Assembly (NCBI GenBank): GCA_963924565.1
Contig: OZ004615.1
Location: forward strand, 7,564,001 to 7,628,000
Direction: 5' to 3'
From: Ascidiella aspersa
Taxonomy: Eukaryota
DNA length: 64,000 bases
The notes beneath the pieces were generated by a model. It was not told the DNA's origin and ran no database searches. It saw nothing but the letters and a program-made list of their open reading frames with translations. Below, one piece after another: positions 40,101-52,100 of the stretch. Each line of letters starts with the position of its first letter. Within the stretch, counting starts at the first letter, position 1. A program made the position numbers and the translations under genes.

Positions 40101-43100
40101 CCGTCGGTCCGATCCTCTGCAAGGAGGTGACCAGGAACTCAGTGACCCTTGCCTGGGACTCGCCACTCATCGACGGCGGCGCCATGGTCAAGAACTACGT
40201 GGTCGAGAAGCGCGAAGTATCGCGTAGAAGCTGGCAAACGGTTGCGACCAAGTGCTCGCGCACCTCGTTCAAAGTGGGCAAGCTGCAGGACGGCACCACC
40301 TACATGTTCCGCGTGCTGCCCGAGAACGAGTACGGCATCGGAGTTCCGCGGGAAACCGAGTCGCCGATTACCGTCACCGAAGTGCCCGGAATCCCTGAGC
40401 GCGTCGACATCGATGAGGTGACCAAGCGATCGGTCACGCTGAGCTGGCGTCGGCCAGAGTTTGACGGCGGCAGCCGCATCACCGCCTACGTCATAGAGGC
40501 GGCCGAGAAGAGCGCGGCCAAGTTCTCTGAGTGCGCTCGCGTCAAGGGCTCAGTGTTCCGACACACTGTCGCCAACCTGAAGGAGGGATGCGAGTACGAG
40601 TTCCGAGTTCGGGCCAAGAACGACGCGGGACTGGGCGAGGCGCGCGACGCCTTTTCGTCGGTCATCACCAAAGACGAGCAGAGTAAGTTTGACTTTCCCA
40701 ACTCTATTAATTTTTCACCTCTTACTTCCAACATGATTTTTTTTAAAACACGCGTATTTTTTAGCTAACAAAGCTGTGTTTTATTTTCAGTCATGCCTGA
40801 AGCTGACCTGAAGGGAATCTACCACAACACTGTCACGGTGAAGGCTGGAGCTCCGATCAACATCCACGTGCCAATCGTCGGCAAACCTACGCCAGCGGTG
40901 ACATGGAAAGCGAATGGTCGACCTTTGAAAGGTAACTGTCCGCCCACTTTATTACACCCTATCAATTCTGTATCGATCAGTTCCTTCTATGAAAACACCT
41001 TACCTTATTTTCCGCGATTTCAACCACTTCTCTTGCTTGCAGAAGGTGGCCGTTTCGCCATGACTACAAAGGACGGAGCCACGTCGCTCTGCATCAATAA
41101 CTCGAAGAAGACGGACGCTGGACAATACCTTCTCCACCTGGAGAACAACGTTGGAGAGAAAAGCTACAAGCTCGAAGTGGTCGTGCTTGGTAAGTTAATA
41201 CTTCCCAAAGCTTTTTAAACGACCTTAACATCGCTTTAATTCTTCTCAAATTTTACAGCCACTGTTCAATACATGCTAAGAGTGAATTAAGCCCTGAAAT
41301 GTATAACATAACAATAGAATGTCCTGGCCGTTAGTTAATTAGACTCAATGGTTTCTTAACCTGCTTGCTCTTTTGCCCAGACATGCCTTGCGCGCCCACC
41401 GGACCGATCATCTTTAGTGACGTCACCGCCGACAGCATCACGATCTCTTGGGCGCCGCCAGCGGACACGGGCGGCAGCGAGATCACAAACTACGCGGTTG
41501 ATTACCGCGAGTTCGGTCGTGCCGCCTGGCTTCATGTTACCTCGTGCACAACGCGCACCTTCGCCAAAGTGGGCAAGCTACAGCGTGGCACCGAGTACCA
41601 GTTCCGCGTCATGGCCGAGAGCAAGTACGGCGTCGGGGAGCCGCTCGTGTCGGAGATCTGCAAAGCCGAGTACCAGTACAGTAAGTTGCCTTGGTCGTTG
41701 TGTGTTTTTTTTAGCTCTGCAAACCTAGAGCAAAAGGCTGGAACACAGTTTAATGGGTTTAATAGCCGTTACAACCCAACAAGGTGTAGCTTTAATTGAA
41801 ACTCTTTACGTTGTTAAAAATTGGTCTTAGTAAAAAACTTCTTCATTACATGCAAATTAGCAACCTAGTGTTGCATTTCCTTCAATAAATCTCATATTAC
41901 ACCTAAAACGAATTAATAAATCTCGTTTTTCCTTCAGCCGTGCCAAGGCAACCTGGAACGCCCGAGATCAGTTCCGTGTCACGTGACGCAGTCTCGTTCA
42001 GCTGGAACGAGCCGACGCACGACGGTGGAAGTCCCGTGTCGGGCTACTACGTCGAGAAGAAGGAGAAGAACTCGATCTTGTGGCAACGCGACAGCGACAA
42101 GCCGACGCCCAACCGCTCGTACACCTGCAAAGGTACACTTTCAATTTGTTTGGTAGACTTCTTATTACAAACACATATCTCTTCGTGTGTGTATAAACGA
42201 ACGAATTTATTCACCCGTCGATTACTGTAAAAACACAAAACTAAATCGCCGCCTTTTCGCCTTTTTAGGACTTCTGGAAGGACTCGAGTACCAGTTCCGC
42301 GTCATCGCCGAGAACCAGGCCGGAGTCAGCAAACCTGGAGAGCCAAGTCGATCTGTTGAAGTGATCAGCGCCGTTGGACCACCCACCGACCTACACGTGG
42401 CCGACATGTCGCGCCACAGCGTCTGCTTAGAGTGGAAGAAACCGCTGGCCGACGGCGGCAGCAAAATCGCATACTACTTCATCGAAAGGCGACACGTGCC
42501 CGATGGACGCTGGCTCAAGTGCAACTTTACCAACGTAAGCGAGTCCGCGTTTGAGGTCACTGGCCTCACGCCCAACGAAGCCTACGAGTTCAGGGTGAGC
42601 GCTCGCAACGCAATCGGCACTGTCGGCCGACCAAGTGAGGTGCTGTCCGCTGTATGCAAGCCAACTTACAAGCCGCCCGGCATTGACCTGGATAGTCGTC
42701 TCATGTCCGACGTGGTTCAAGTACGCGCCGGAACAACTCTGCGCCTGGATGCTGAAACCTCCGGCAAACCGACACCGAGCGTCTTCTGGTCAAAGGGCGA
42801 CGTTGATTTAGAGGACAACGAGCATGTCACCATCGTGGCGGCGCCCACGTCAACATGCCTCGTAATCAAGGACGTGGCGCGTGAAGACACTGCTAAGTAC
42901 ACGCTGCTGCTGCGCAACGAATGCGGCGAGAAGCGAGCCACGGTTAACGTGAAGGTGCTGGACAAACCGGCAGCGCCCAATGGCCCGGTCGTCTTCAGCC
43001 GCGTGAGTGCCGAGCGCTGTAATCTCTCCTGGGAGCGACCTTCGGAGGATGGCGGCGCCGATATCACGCACTACGTGGCCGACAAGCGCGAGACTTCGCG

Positions 43101-46100
43101 AATCAGCTGGATCACGGTTCACGAGCGCTTAGAACACAGCTCTTGCACGATTCCCAACCTGATACCGAACAACGAGTACGTCTTCCGCGTCGCCGCCGTC
43201 AACAAGTACGGCCAGGGCGCCGCGCTCGAGTCCGAGCCGCTGGTCGCCAAGAACCAGTTCACGACGCCCGACGCGCCCAGTCAGGTTGAGCTGGCCGCCA
43301 CCACGCGCGACTCCATCACCGTTACTTGGACGCGGCCGGCCAGCGATGGAGGCTCGTCCATTAAAAGCTACGTGATCGAGAAGCGCGAGAAGCAAGGACA
43401 ACGCTGGATCCGCTGCAACAAGCAGCAGGAGATCACTGACCTTCGCTTCCGCGTTACCGGCCTGCGCCACAAGTCATTGGTCGAGTTTAGGGTAGCAGCT
43501 GAGAACGCAGCCGGCCTCGGCCCGTTCAGCGAACCAAGCGCCTACGGTTGCGTACAGGACCCAGTCTTCGCGCCTGCGCCTCCAGCTAACCTGCGATTTG
43601 CTGATTCGACCCGAAGCAGCATCAGTGTCGTATGGAAAGCGCCGCTCTTCGACGGCGGCAACCCGGTTGACGGGTACGTCGTTGAAGCGACCGAGTGTGT
43701 ACCCGAGCAGGAAGACAACTGGCAGAGGATGCACAAGTCCAACTACATCCAGAGCACCGAGTTTACAGTCGTCGGACTGAAGCAGGGACGAGAGTACAAC
43801 ATCAGAGTCTGGGCCATCAATTCTATCGGTAGAAGTGAAGAGCCAGCCGTGCTGAAGGAGAAGGTAGCGGCCAAGGATATCGTCGAAGAGCCGATGATTG
43901 AGTTGGACGACACTTTCCGCAAGACTGTCAGCCTTCACGCCGGAAAGCCACTGCGCTTGTACGTGTTCGTAAAGGGTCGCCCGGCACCAGCCGTGACATG
44001 GCGCAAGACCCCGTACGGTGAGGACTTGAGCTCCAAGGCTTACATAGAAACGCACGAGGCCGCCAGTCGTCTGGAGATCGAAAAAACAGACCGCTACGAC
44101 GCGGGCAAGTACACGATCGCGCTGGAGAACTCGGCGGGCAGTAAGGAGGCCACCATCAACGTGCGCGTTTACGACACACCAGGACGCCCGGGCCCGATTA
44201 TGGTCCGCGAGGTCACACGCAGCTCGGTGTCCTTCGGATGGGAGGCACCTGAGATCGACGGCGGCAGCGCGATCCGCAGCTACGTGGTCGAGAAGCGTGA
44301 AGCGACGCGACGCACCTGGAGCACGGTGACCACCAAGTGCTCCAAGATGAGCTTCAAGGTGGCCGACCTGGTCGAGGGCGTGTCCTACTTCTTCCGCGTC
44401 CTTGCCGAGAACCAATACGGCATCGGCGAAGGCCGCGAAACCGAAACGGCAATCAAGATCTCCGAGCAGCCGTCGCCGCCAGCCTCCGTTGAGGCAACGG
44501 ACGTGACCGCCAGCAGTGTTACCCTTGCTTGGGAGCGGCCCGAACAGGACGGTGGCTCGCGCATCGACGGCTACGCAGTCGAGATGATGGAGAAGGGCAC
44601 CGACAAGTGGATGACCGTTGGCAAAACCAAGGATATGCGCTTTGTTGTGAAGGGCCTCAAGGACGGCCTCGACTACTACTTCCGCGTGCGCGCCAGAAAC
44701 GACAGCGGCCTCGGCGAGCCACGAGAAATGCTCTCGTCGGTCACCGTCAAAGAACAGCTCGCGGCCCCTTCCGTCGACATGAGCAGCCTGCCGCAAAAGA
44801 CCTTGAACGTAAAGGCGGGAGCACCAATTCAGCTGAACTTGCCGATCTCCGGACGCCCGGTGCCCACTGTTCAGTGGACAAAGGACAACCAGCCGATCAA
44901 GGAGGACCTCCATCGCACCACGATCGCGACCAGTGATGCTCTCGCCTCTTTGGAGATTAGAGAGTCGACGGTGGAGGATCGCGGCGATTACCGCCTCACC
45001 TTGACGAACAGCTCCGGTTCGGTGACACAACTTATTCGAGTTGTGATCATGGACGTGCCGCAGCCCCCTCAAGGCCCGATCGAGATCGGCGAGGTCACCG
45101 CAACGTCTGTTGCCATTCAGTGGAAACAGCCGCTCTACGACGGCGGCGCAACCCTGAGCAACTACGTGGTCGAGAAGCGCGAGACGCACCGGCCCAACTG
45201 GATCACCGTCAGTGCCACTGTGACGCGCACAACCATTAAGATCACGCGCCTCAACGAAGACTCGGAGTACACGTTCCGCGTCATGGCACAGAACCGCCTC
45301 GGCGTCAGCAAGCCGCTGCTTTCCGAGGACGTGGTGGTGAAGAGCCAGTTCGGCGTCCCTGGTCCGCCAGGAACCCCGCAGATCACGACGTGCAGCAAGG
45401 ACAGCATGACCGTCATCTGGAACGAGCCAGTCAACGACGGAGGCTCCGAGATCACAGGCTACATCGTCGAGAGGAAGGAGCCAAAGGCACCGCGCTGGAT
45501 CCGGGCGACTAGGACCCCTGTGACGCAGACGCGTTACGTCAGCGCTGGATTGATCGAAGGCGTCGAGTACGTCCACCGGATCATCGCTATCAACGCAAAG
45601 GGCGAAGGAAAGCCAAGCAAGGAAACCGATACCGCCATTTGCCAGGAACCCGTTGCGCCACCTAGCGCTCCGAAGAAGCCTCGCGTCGTCGACGTCACCA
45701 AAGCGACGCTTTCCGTTGCTTGGGACAAGCCGGAGTTCGAAGGCGGCTCAAAGGTGCTGGGTTACTTCATCGAGATGCGCAAGGAAGACAGCTGGTGGGA
45801 GAAGTGCAACACCACTCCCATTCGCATCACCGAGTACACGCTCAAAGGTCTTCCAGAGGGCGGCGAATACTACCTCCGGGTGGTTGCCATGAACGCAGGT
45901 GGATGCGGGCAGCCGACCGAGATCGAGAAGCCGGTCATAATCAAGGACATGAGCGGTCCTCCGGAGCTTACCGCATCCTTCGTAGACGAAGTGGTTGCGC
46001 GCACGGGAGGAGTCGTTCGTCTTATCGTGCCGTTCAAATGCAGGCCGCTGCCTCACGTCGAGTGGAGCAAGATCAGTGGCCATGAGGCAGACCTTAGCGT

Positions 46101-49100
46101 TCGCGCAATGATCGCACTGAACCCGGAAACCGCAGAGCTGGTGATGAAGGGCGTAGACAGGAGAGACGCCGGCGAGTACAGAGCCCTGATCGTCAACAAG
46201 TTGGGCGAAAAGGAGGCCATCATTCGCGTTAAGGTAATTGGTAAGCCGGACGCGCCAGAAGGCCCGATGCAGTTCGGCGATCTGGAAGCGACCTCGGTAA
46301 AGCTGGTTTGGAAGCCTGTACTTGACGACGGTGGCAGCGCGGTAACCAACTATGCCGTGGAGCGACGCGAGGTTGGCAAGACTGCCTGGTTCACGGTCGA
46401 CTCTAAGATCAGAGGCACCCAGTGCACTGTCAAGGGTCTCACCGAAGGCAAGGAGTACTACTTCAAGGTGTACGCCGAGAACGCGTTCGGCCTTGGCGAG
46501 CCACTGCAGAACGCCGAGCCCGTGGTGCCCAAGAACCCGCTGTTCGCGCCGCAGCCGCCGCAGGTGGTCGAGATCAACGAGGTGCGCAAAGACCGCGTAT
46601 TCCTCTCATGGCCACGAAGCCGCGACGACGGCGGCTCGCGCGTTACTGGATACTTCGTCGAGAGGCGCGAAGCAGAGTCGGAGCGGTGGGTGCGCGTCAA
46701 CAAGGTGCTCACCAAGAACCTGTCCTTCACCGTTCAGGGCCTTGTAGAGAACGCCGACTACCAGTTCCGCGTGCTTGCACTTAATGATGTTGGCGAAGGC
46801 GACGCGTCCGAGCCTACCGAGATCATCACCTGCAAAGATCCATTCGACAAGCCCTCGGCACCGGAGGACATCGAAGTTCACCACGTCACCAAGGACTCTA
46901 TCACCCTGGCCTGGAGCAAGCCGGAGTTCGACGGCGGCAAGGGCATCCAGGGATACGTGATTGAGCATCGCGAGTCTGGCATGACGCTGTGGAAGCAGAG
47001 TCACGAGGACACAATCCAGGACCGCATCTACCAGATCGGCGGACTCGACCAAGGCGCCGAGTACGAGTTCCGAGTCTACTCGGTAAACGAGCAAGGAAGA
47101 TCGCGGCCGAGGATGCTGGAGTCGCCAGTCGCCACCAAGAAGGCGGCCGGAGAGAGGCCAGAGATCGTCGAACCGCTTGACACGACCATAGCGGTTAGGG
47201 GAACCACGGCAACGCTCAGTTGCAAAGTATCTGGACGCCCACTGCCTGACATCACTTGGATCCGCTTCGGCAAAGAGCTGCGCAGCGGAAGAAAGTACAA
47301 AATGTCTTCGGAGGGCCAGGTCAACTCGCTGCACGTTATAGATGCGCGCGACGAAGACGAGGGCGGCTATCACATGGTGGCGAAGAACAACGTCGGAACA
47401 CTGGACGTCGAAGGCAAGCTGATCATCGAGGGAATACCGGAGCTGGACAACGACAACATGCGCTTCAAGGAGCGCGTTACTGTCAAGAACGGCCAGACCA
47501 TGCGTATTCACGTTCCGTACAAGGGCCGACCGGCGGCGCAGGCAATCTGGACCAAGGAGGGTCGTCGCTTTGAGAAGAGCGAACGCCACGAGCTGGAGAC
47601 CACCGACAGTTACACTCATCTGCTGGTCAAGAACGCCGATCGCGCCAAGGACGCCGGCAAGTACATGGTCAAGCTAGGCAACACGCACGGCCAGAACACC
47701 TACTCGATCATGGTGGACGTGCAAGACGCCCCGTCCAAGGTCCAGGAGATCCAGGTATCGGACGTGACCCTCAACAGCATGGTGCTCTCGTGGAAGGAGC
47801 CGCAAGACAACGGCGGCGCTCCTGTATCCAACTACATCATCGAGAAGCGCGACATCGAGGAGGATCAGAACAGGTGGACCCTGGTGACCTCCAACACCGC
47901 GCAGACCTCGTTCAAGGCTGAGCGCTTGCAGGAGAAGCACGCCTATGTCTTCCGCGTCTACGCCGAGAACTGCTTCGGCGTTTCGGCGCCGCAGGAGACC
48001 GACTGCCCGACCGCAGCCAAGCCGCCGCACGATGCACCGCATCAGCCCAGCCAGCCAAAGGCAACTGGTGTTTCCAAGGAGGGCTGCATGCTTAACTGGA
48101 AACAGCCAAAACAGGAAGGCGCCGGTCGCGTGTCCAATTACGTGGTACAGCGACGAGACAAGCGCCGTCCTAGGTGGATGCGAATCAACGCCGACACATT
48201 AACCCAGTCGGTGTACGAAGTGGTCGGCCTGGTCGAGGGCGTCGCCTACGAGTTCCGCGTCATCGCTGAGAACTCGGCCGGCGCCTCCGAGCCTTCCGAG
48301 GTTTCAGAGCAGGTCGTGCCGAAGGACGACATCCGAGTGAGCGCGCCTAAGTTCGTGGAGAGTATCCGCGACATGGTGGTGCGACCAAACCAGAACGTGA
48401 CCTTCGCTTGCAAGATCTCCGGACAACCGAAGCCGATCGTCAAGTGGTACAAGGGCGGACGCGAGATCTCAGGCTGTCCCAAGTACCAGATGCACGAGGG
48501 CAAGGGCAACCACTACTCGTTAGTGATATCGGACGTGACAAGCGCCGACGAGATGCCCTACACCGTTCGGGCCACCAACCAGGGCGGCTCAATCTCGACC
48601 ACTGTCCAGTTGGACGTGCAGTTGCCCGCGCAGGTCAATTTGCCCAAGTACATGATGTCCGAGGCCACGGTGTGCAAGGTTCACGAAGTGGTCAGCATCA
48701 AGGTGCCGATCCAAGGCAAACCGACGCCCGATGTGACCTGGACCAAGGCCGGAAAGGTGGTCAGCCAAGACGGACACCGACAGCTCATCACAACACCGTC
48801 GTTCACGTCGATGACCATCACCAACGCAAGCAGGTCCGATTCAGGATTTTACAACATAACGGTCAAGAACCGCTTCGGCAGCAACCAAGCCACAGTTGAG
48901 CTTCTAGTCGGCGATGTTCCATCTCGGCCGGAGCGCCTTGAAGTATCCGATGTTACGCGGGATTCAGTCGATCTGTCATGGAAGGAGCCTTCAGATGACG
49001 GCGGAAAGCCAATCTTGAAGTACATCATCGAGAGGTGCACCGCTTCCAGTGAACGCTGGATGAAGGTGTCTTCCTCCAGCACCGCGCACTACACTGTGTG

Positions 49101-52100
49101 CAACCTGTCGGGAAAGACAAGCTACCAGTTCCGCGTTCGCGCTGAGAACGAGTACGGACAAAGCAAGCCGTCGGAAGCGTCGCACTCCGTTACAACCAAG
49201 GAGGACCGACTGATGGCCGGCAACTACGACGACATGGTCGACGCCACCGAAAAGTTTGTTCCTTGCGACGCTGAGATCTGCAAGTCGAACGTTTTGGACA
49301 AATATCAGATCATGGAGGAATTGGGACGCGGAACGTTCGGAGTCGTGCACAGAGCAAGGGAGATCCTCACCGGGAAGACCTTTGCCGTGAAGATCTGTCG
49401 CTTCGCCGAAGAGGCTGACAAGGCTCCGGTTCATCGGGAGGTCGAGATCATGAGGACTCTCCAGCATCCGCGAGTCCTTCAGCTCCACGAAGTCTTTGAC
49501 GTCAAGGGAGAGACATCCCTGGTGGTGCAGTTCGTGTCCGGAGGCGACCTCCTTGAACGAGTTACTTCATCAGCCTTCGAACTGACGGAGAATATGTGCG
49601 TCTACCTGCTGAAGCAGGTTGTAGAGGCGCTGGCCTATGTCCATTCGCAGAACGTCGCCCATTTGGACCTGAAGCCCGAAAACCTGCTCTTTGTCACGCG
49701 CAAGAGCAAGAAGATCAAGCTGATCGACTTCGGAGTTTCGCGTCGCCTTAAGACAGGAGAAGGTAATTGTTCAACCTAACACTTGTAACATCAAATTAGG
49801 CTTATTTCCAATTTATTTTGTTAAAATGAAAGCCTTTCACGCAGTTTTTGTATGCATATATTGTAACATGCTGCTTTTGCTCAACAGGTCTCCGTATCGC
49901 GTTTGGAACACCTGAGTTCTGCGCGCCCGAGGTGGTGCAGAACGACACGGTGGGATGCCCGACCGACATGTGGTCCCTGGGCGTCCTGGCCTACATCTTG
50001 CTTACCGGAGTTTCGCCCTTCCACGGCGAGAACGATAGCGAAACGCTAAAGAACATCGCCGAGGCCGAGTGGACTTTCGACCGCGAGGAGTTTGCGCTGA
50101 TCTCAGAGGACGCGTTGGACTTCATCGACAGGTAAGAGATCCTACTGAAAATAAATACGACCCTGTAAAATAGATTTTAAAAATTCACAAAGAAATCGAT
50201 AGGAGTAAAACTCTAAATACAATGTGCCACCGTACACCCGACGCTGTAACTGAACTTATCAACTCTTTCAGACTGCTCGTGAAAGAGAAGAGCCAGCGCA
50301 TGACCGCCGACGACTGTCTCCAGCACCCATGGATGCGGACCCTGCATCCGGAGGTTGATGAGGACCTTATCGAGAGGCGCTCCTTGCTGATCCAGACCAC
50401 GCAGCACAGGAAGTTCTACCAGAACATCAAGAAGCAGGACCTCTCGACCGTGATCGTGTCCTTGGGAAGATACGCCGCTGGGGGAGCCATGCGCTCGCTC
50501 AAGGGCAAATCTGTGGCCAAGGTCAAGGTCCAGTCGGTGGACATGACGCCGCAGCTGATGCCCATGCACCACGTGTTCGTCAAAGAGGGAGACGATGCCA
50601 AGGTCGTTTGCAGAATCAAGGAAGCCGAACACACGGAAACAGTTTCATGGTAAGTTAACTATAGAATTGTTTAACCAGGCTTTACATGTGTGAAATGATT
50701 AAATTACTTCTCATTCGCATTAACTGAAGATAACACAAGCTCGTATCGAAACGTCTTAATAATCAAGATGACGTCGATCTACTCGAATTTTTTGGCTTTG
50801 CAATTCATTATCAAGCTTTTTTATGCATAGGTAACAGATAAAAATCGAAAATTTACAAATACCTCTATAAATAACACAAACTTGTGGCTTCAGGTACAAG
50901 GACAACATCAAGCTGGAAGAAGGCGACAAGTACGAATTCGCTTACGACCAGCACACTTGCGCCACCTCGCTCTACGTCAAGGGCGTGACGAGGTCGGACG
51001 ACGGCAGCTACAAGTGCAAGGTGGAGAACGCGTTCGGCATCAACTCGCAACAATGCGAGCTCTGCGTCGAGCTAAAGACAAGGTACGCGTTCGAGTTAAA
51101 TACGCTTTGGATAAACCATGTTTTTAAAATCCCATTGTGTTTGATTCAAGCATATAATCCTGAAAATTGAGGTGGAAAGGGTTCGAAAACAAACAATGGT
51201 ATTCGCGCTGATGTTCTGTAACCCTTTTTCCTTTCTCTTCGCAGAGAATGGACGCGCACGCGCCGCAGCATCTACATGCTCAAGCACAAGAAGCGCGGCA
51301 AGCGATCAGGAGCTGCCGACATCTCGCGAATCGTCAAGTCACCGCCCGAGTTTACACTTCCGCTCTACAACAGGACCGTTTACGTCGGCGAGTCGGCCAC
51401 TTTCACCATCACCGGTAAGCAGAGAAAACGAGATACGCGACAAAACTGGCTTCAAACTTATACTAATTTCACGAATGGAAAAATAACTTCGGTGTACAAA
51501 ACATATAGTACACCGAAAGCGATCGCTAACTTTCGGTGTGCTATTGAGTAAGCCGTAATCTTTGGTCAAAACGCGCGTTCAGAAGTACTATTTTAAAGTG
51601 GTTTAACACACATGTGTGTGTATCTTTCCTGCAAAACATATACTATTAAATGTAAAGTTTCACACTAATTGTCAATACACGCCGTTTAAATTCATAACGA
51701 AAATTTTGCTCCTCGCGCAGTCACCGTTCATCCGTCGCCGGACATCACGTGGTTCCACAACGGGCAGCGGGTGAAGAACGACGACGATCGCTACGTCGTC
51801 ACCAAGGAGAAGGGACTCTACACGCTTGAGATCAAAAAATGCGAGATCGACTTCGGAGGCGAAGTGACGGTCACCGCCAAGAACCCGTACGGCGAGGACG
51901 AGTGCAAGGCAAGCCTGGTGGTTCAGCCGCGTCCGGTCAAGGAGGATCTTAGTGTCCGGCCTATGTTCCGGAGGTTGCTGGCAAACCAGGAGGTGGACGA
52001 AGGCGAGAACGCGCGCTTCGACATCCGCGTCACCGGCTTCCCGAAACCTATCGTCGAATGGTGAGCAAAACAACTTATGTTTCAATTATGTAGTCGCTTA

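Noticed and set aside
43474-45576. 700-aa antisense ORF, and many other minus-strand or alternate-frame ORFs over titin exons
   Set aside because: These are shadows of GC3-biased titin codons, which suppress stops in other frames. They show no recognizable domain or independent gene signals.
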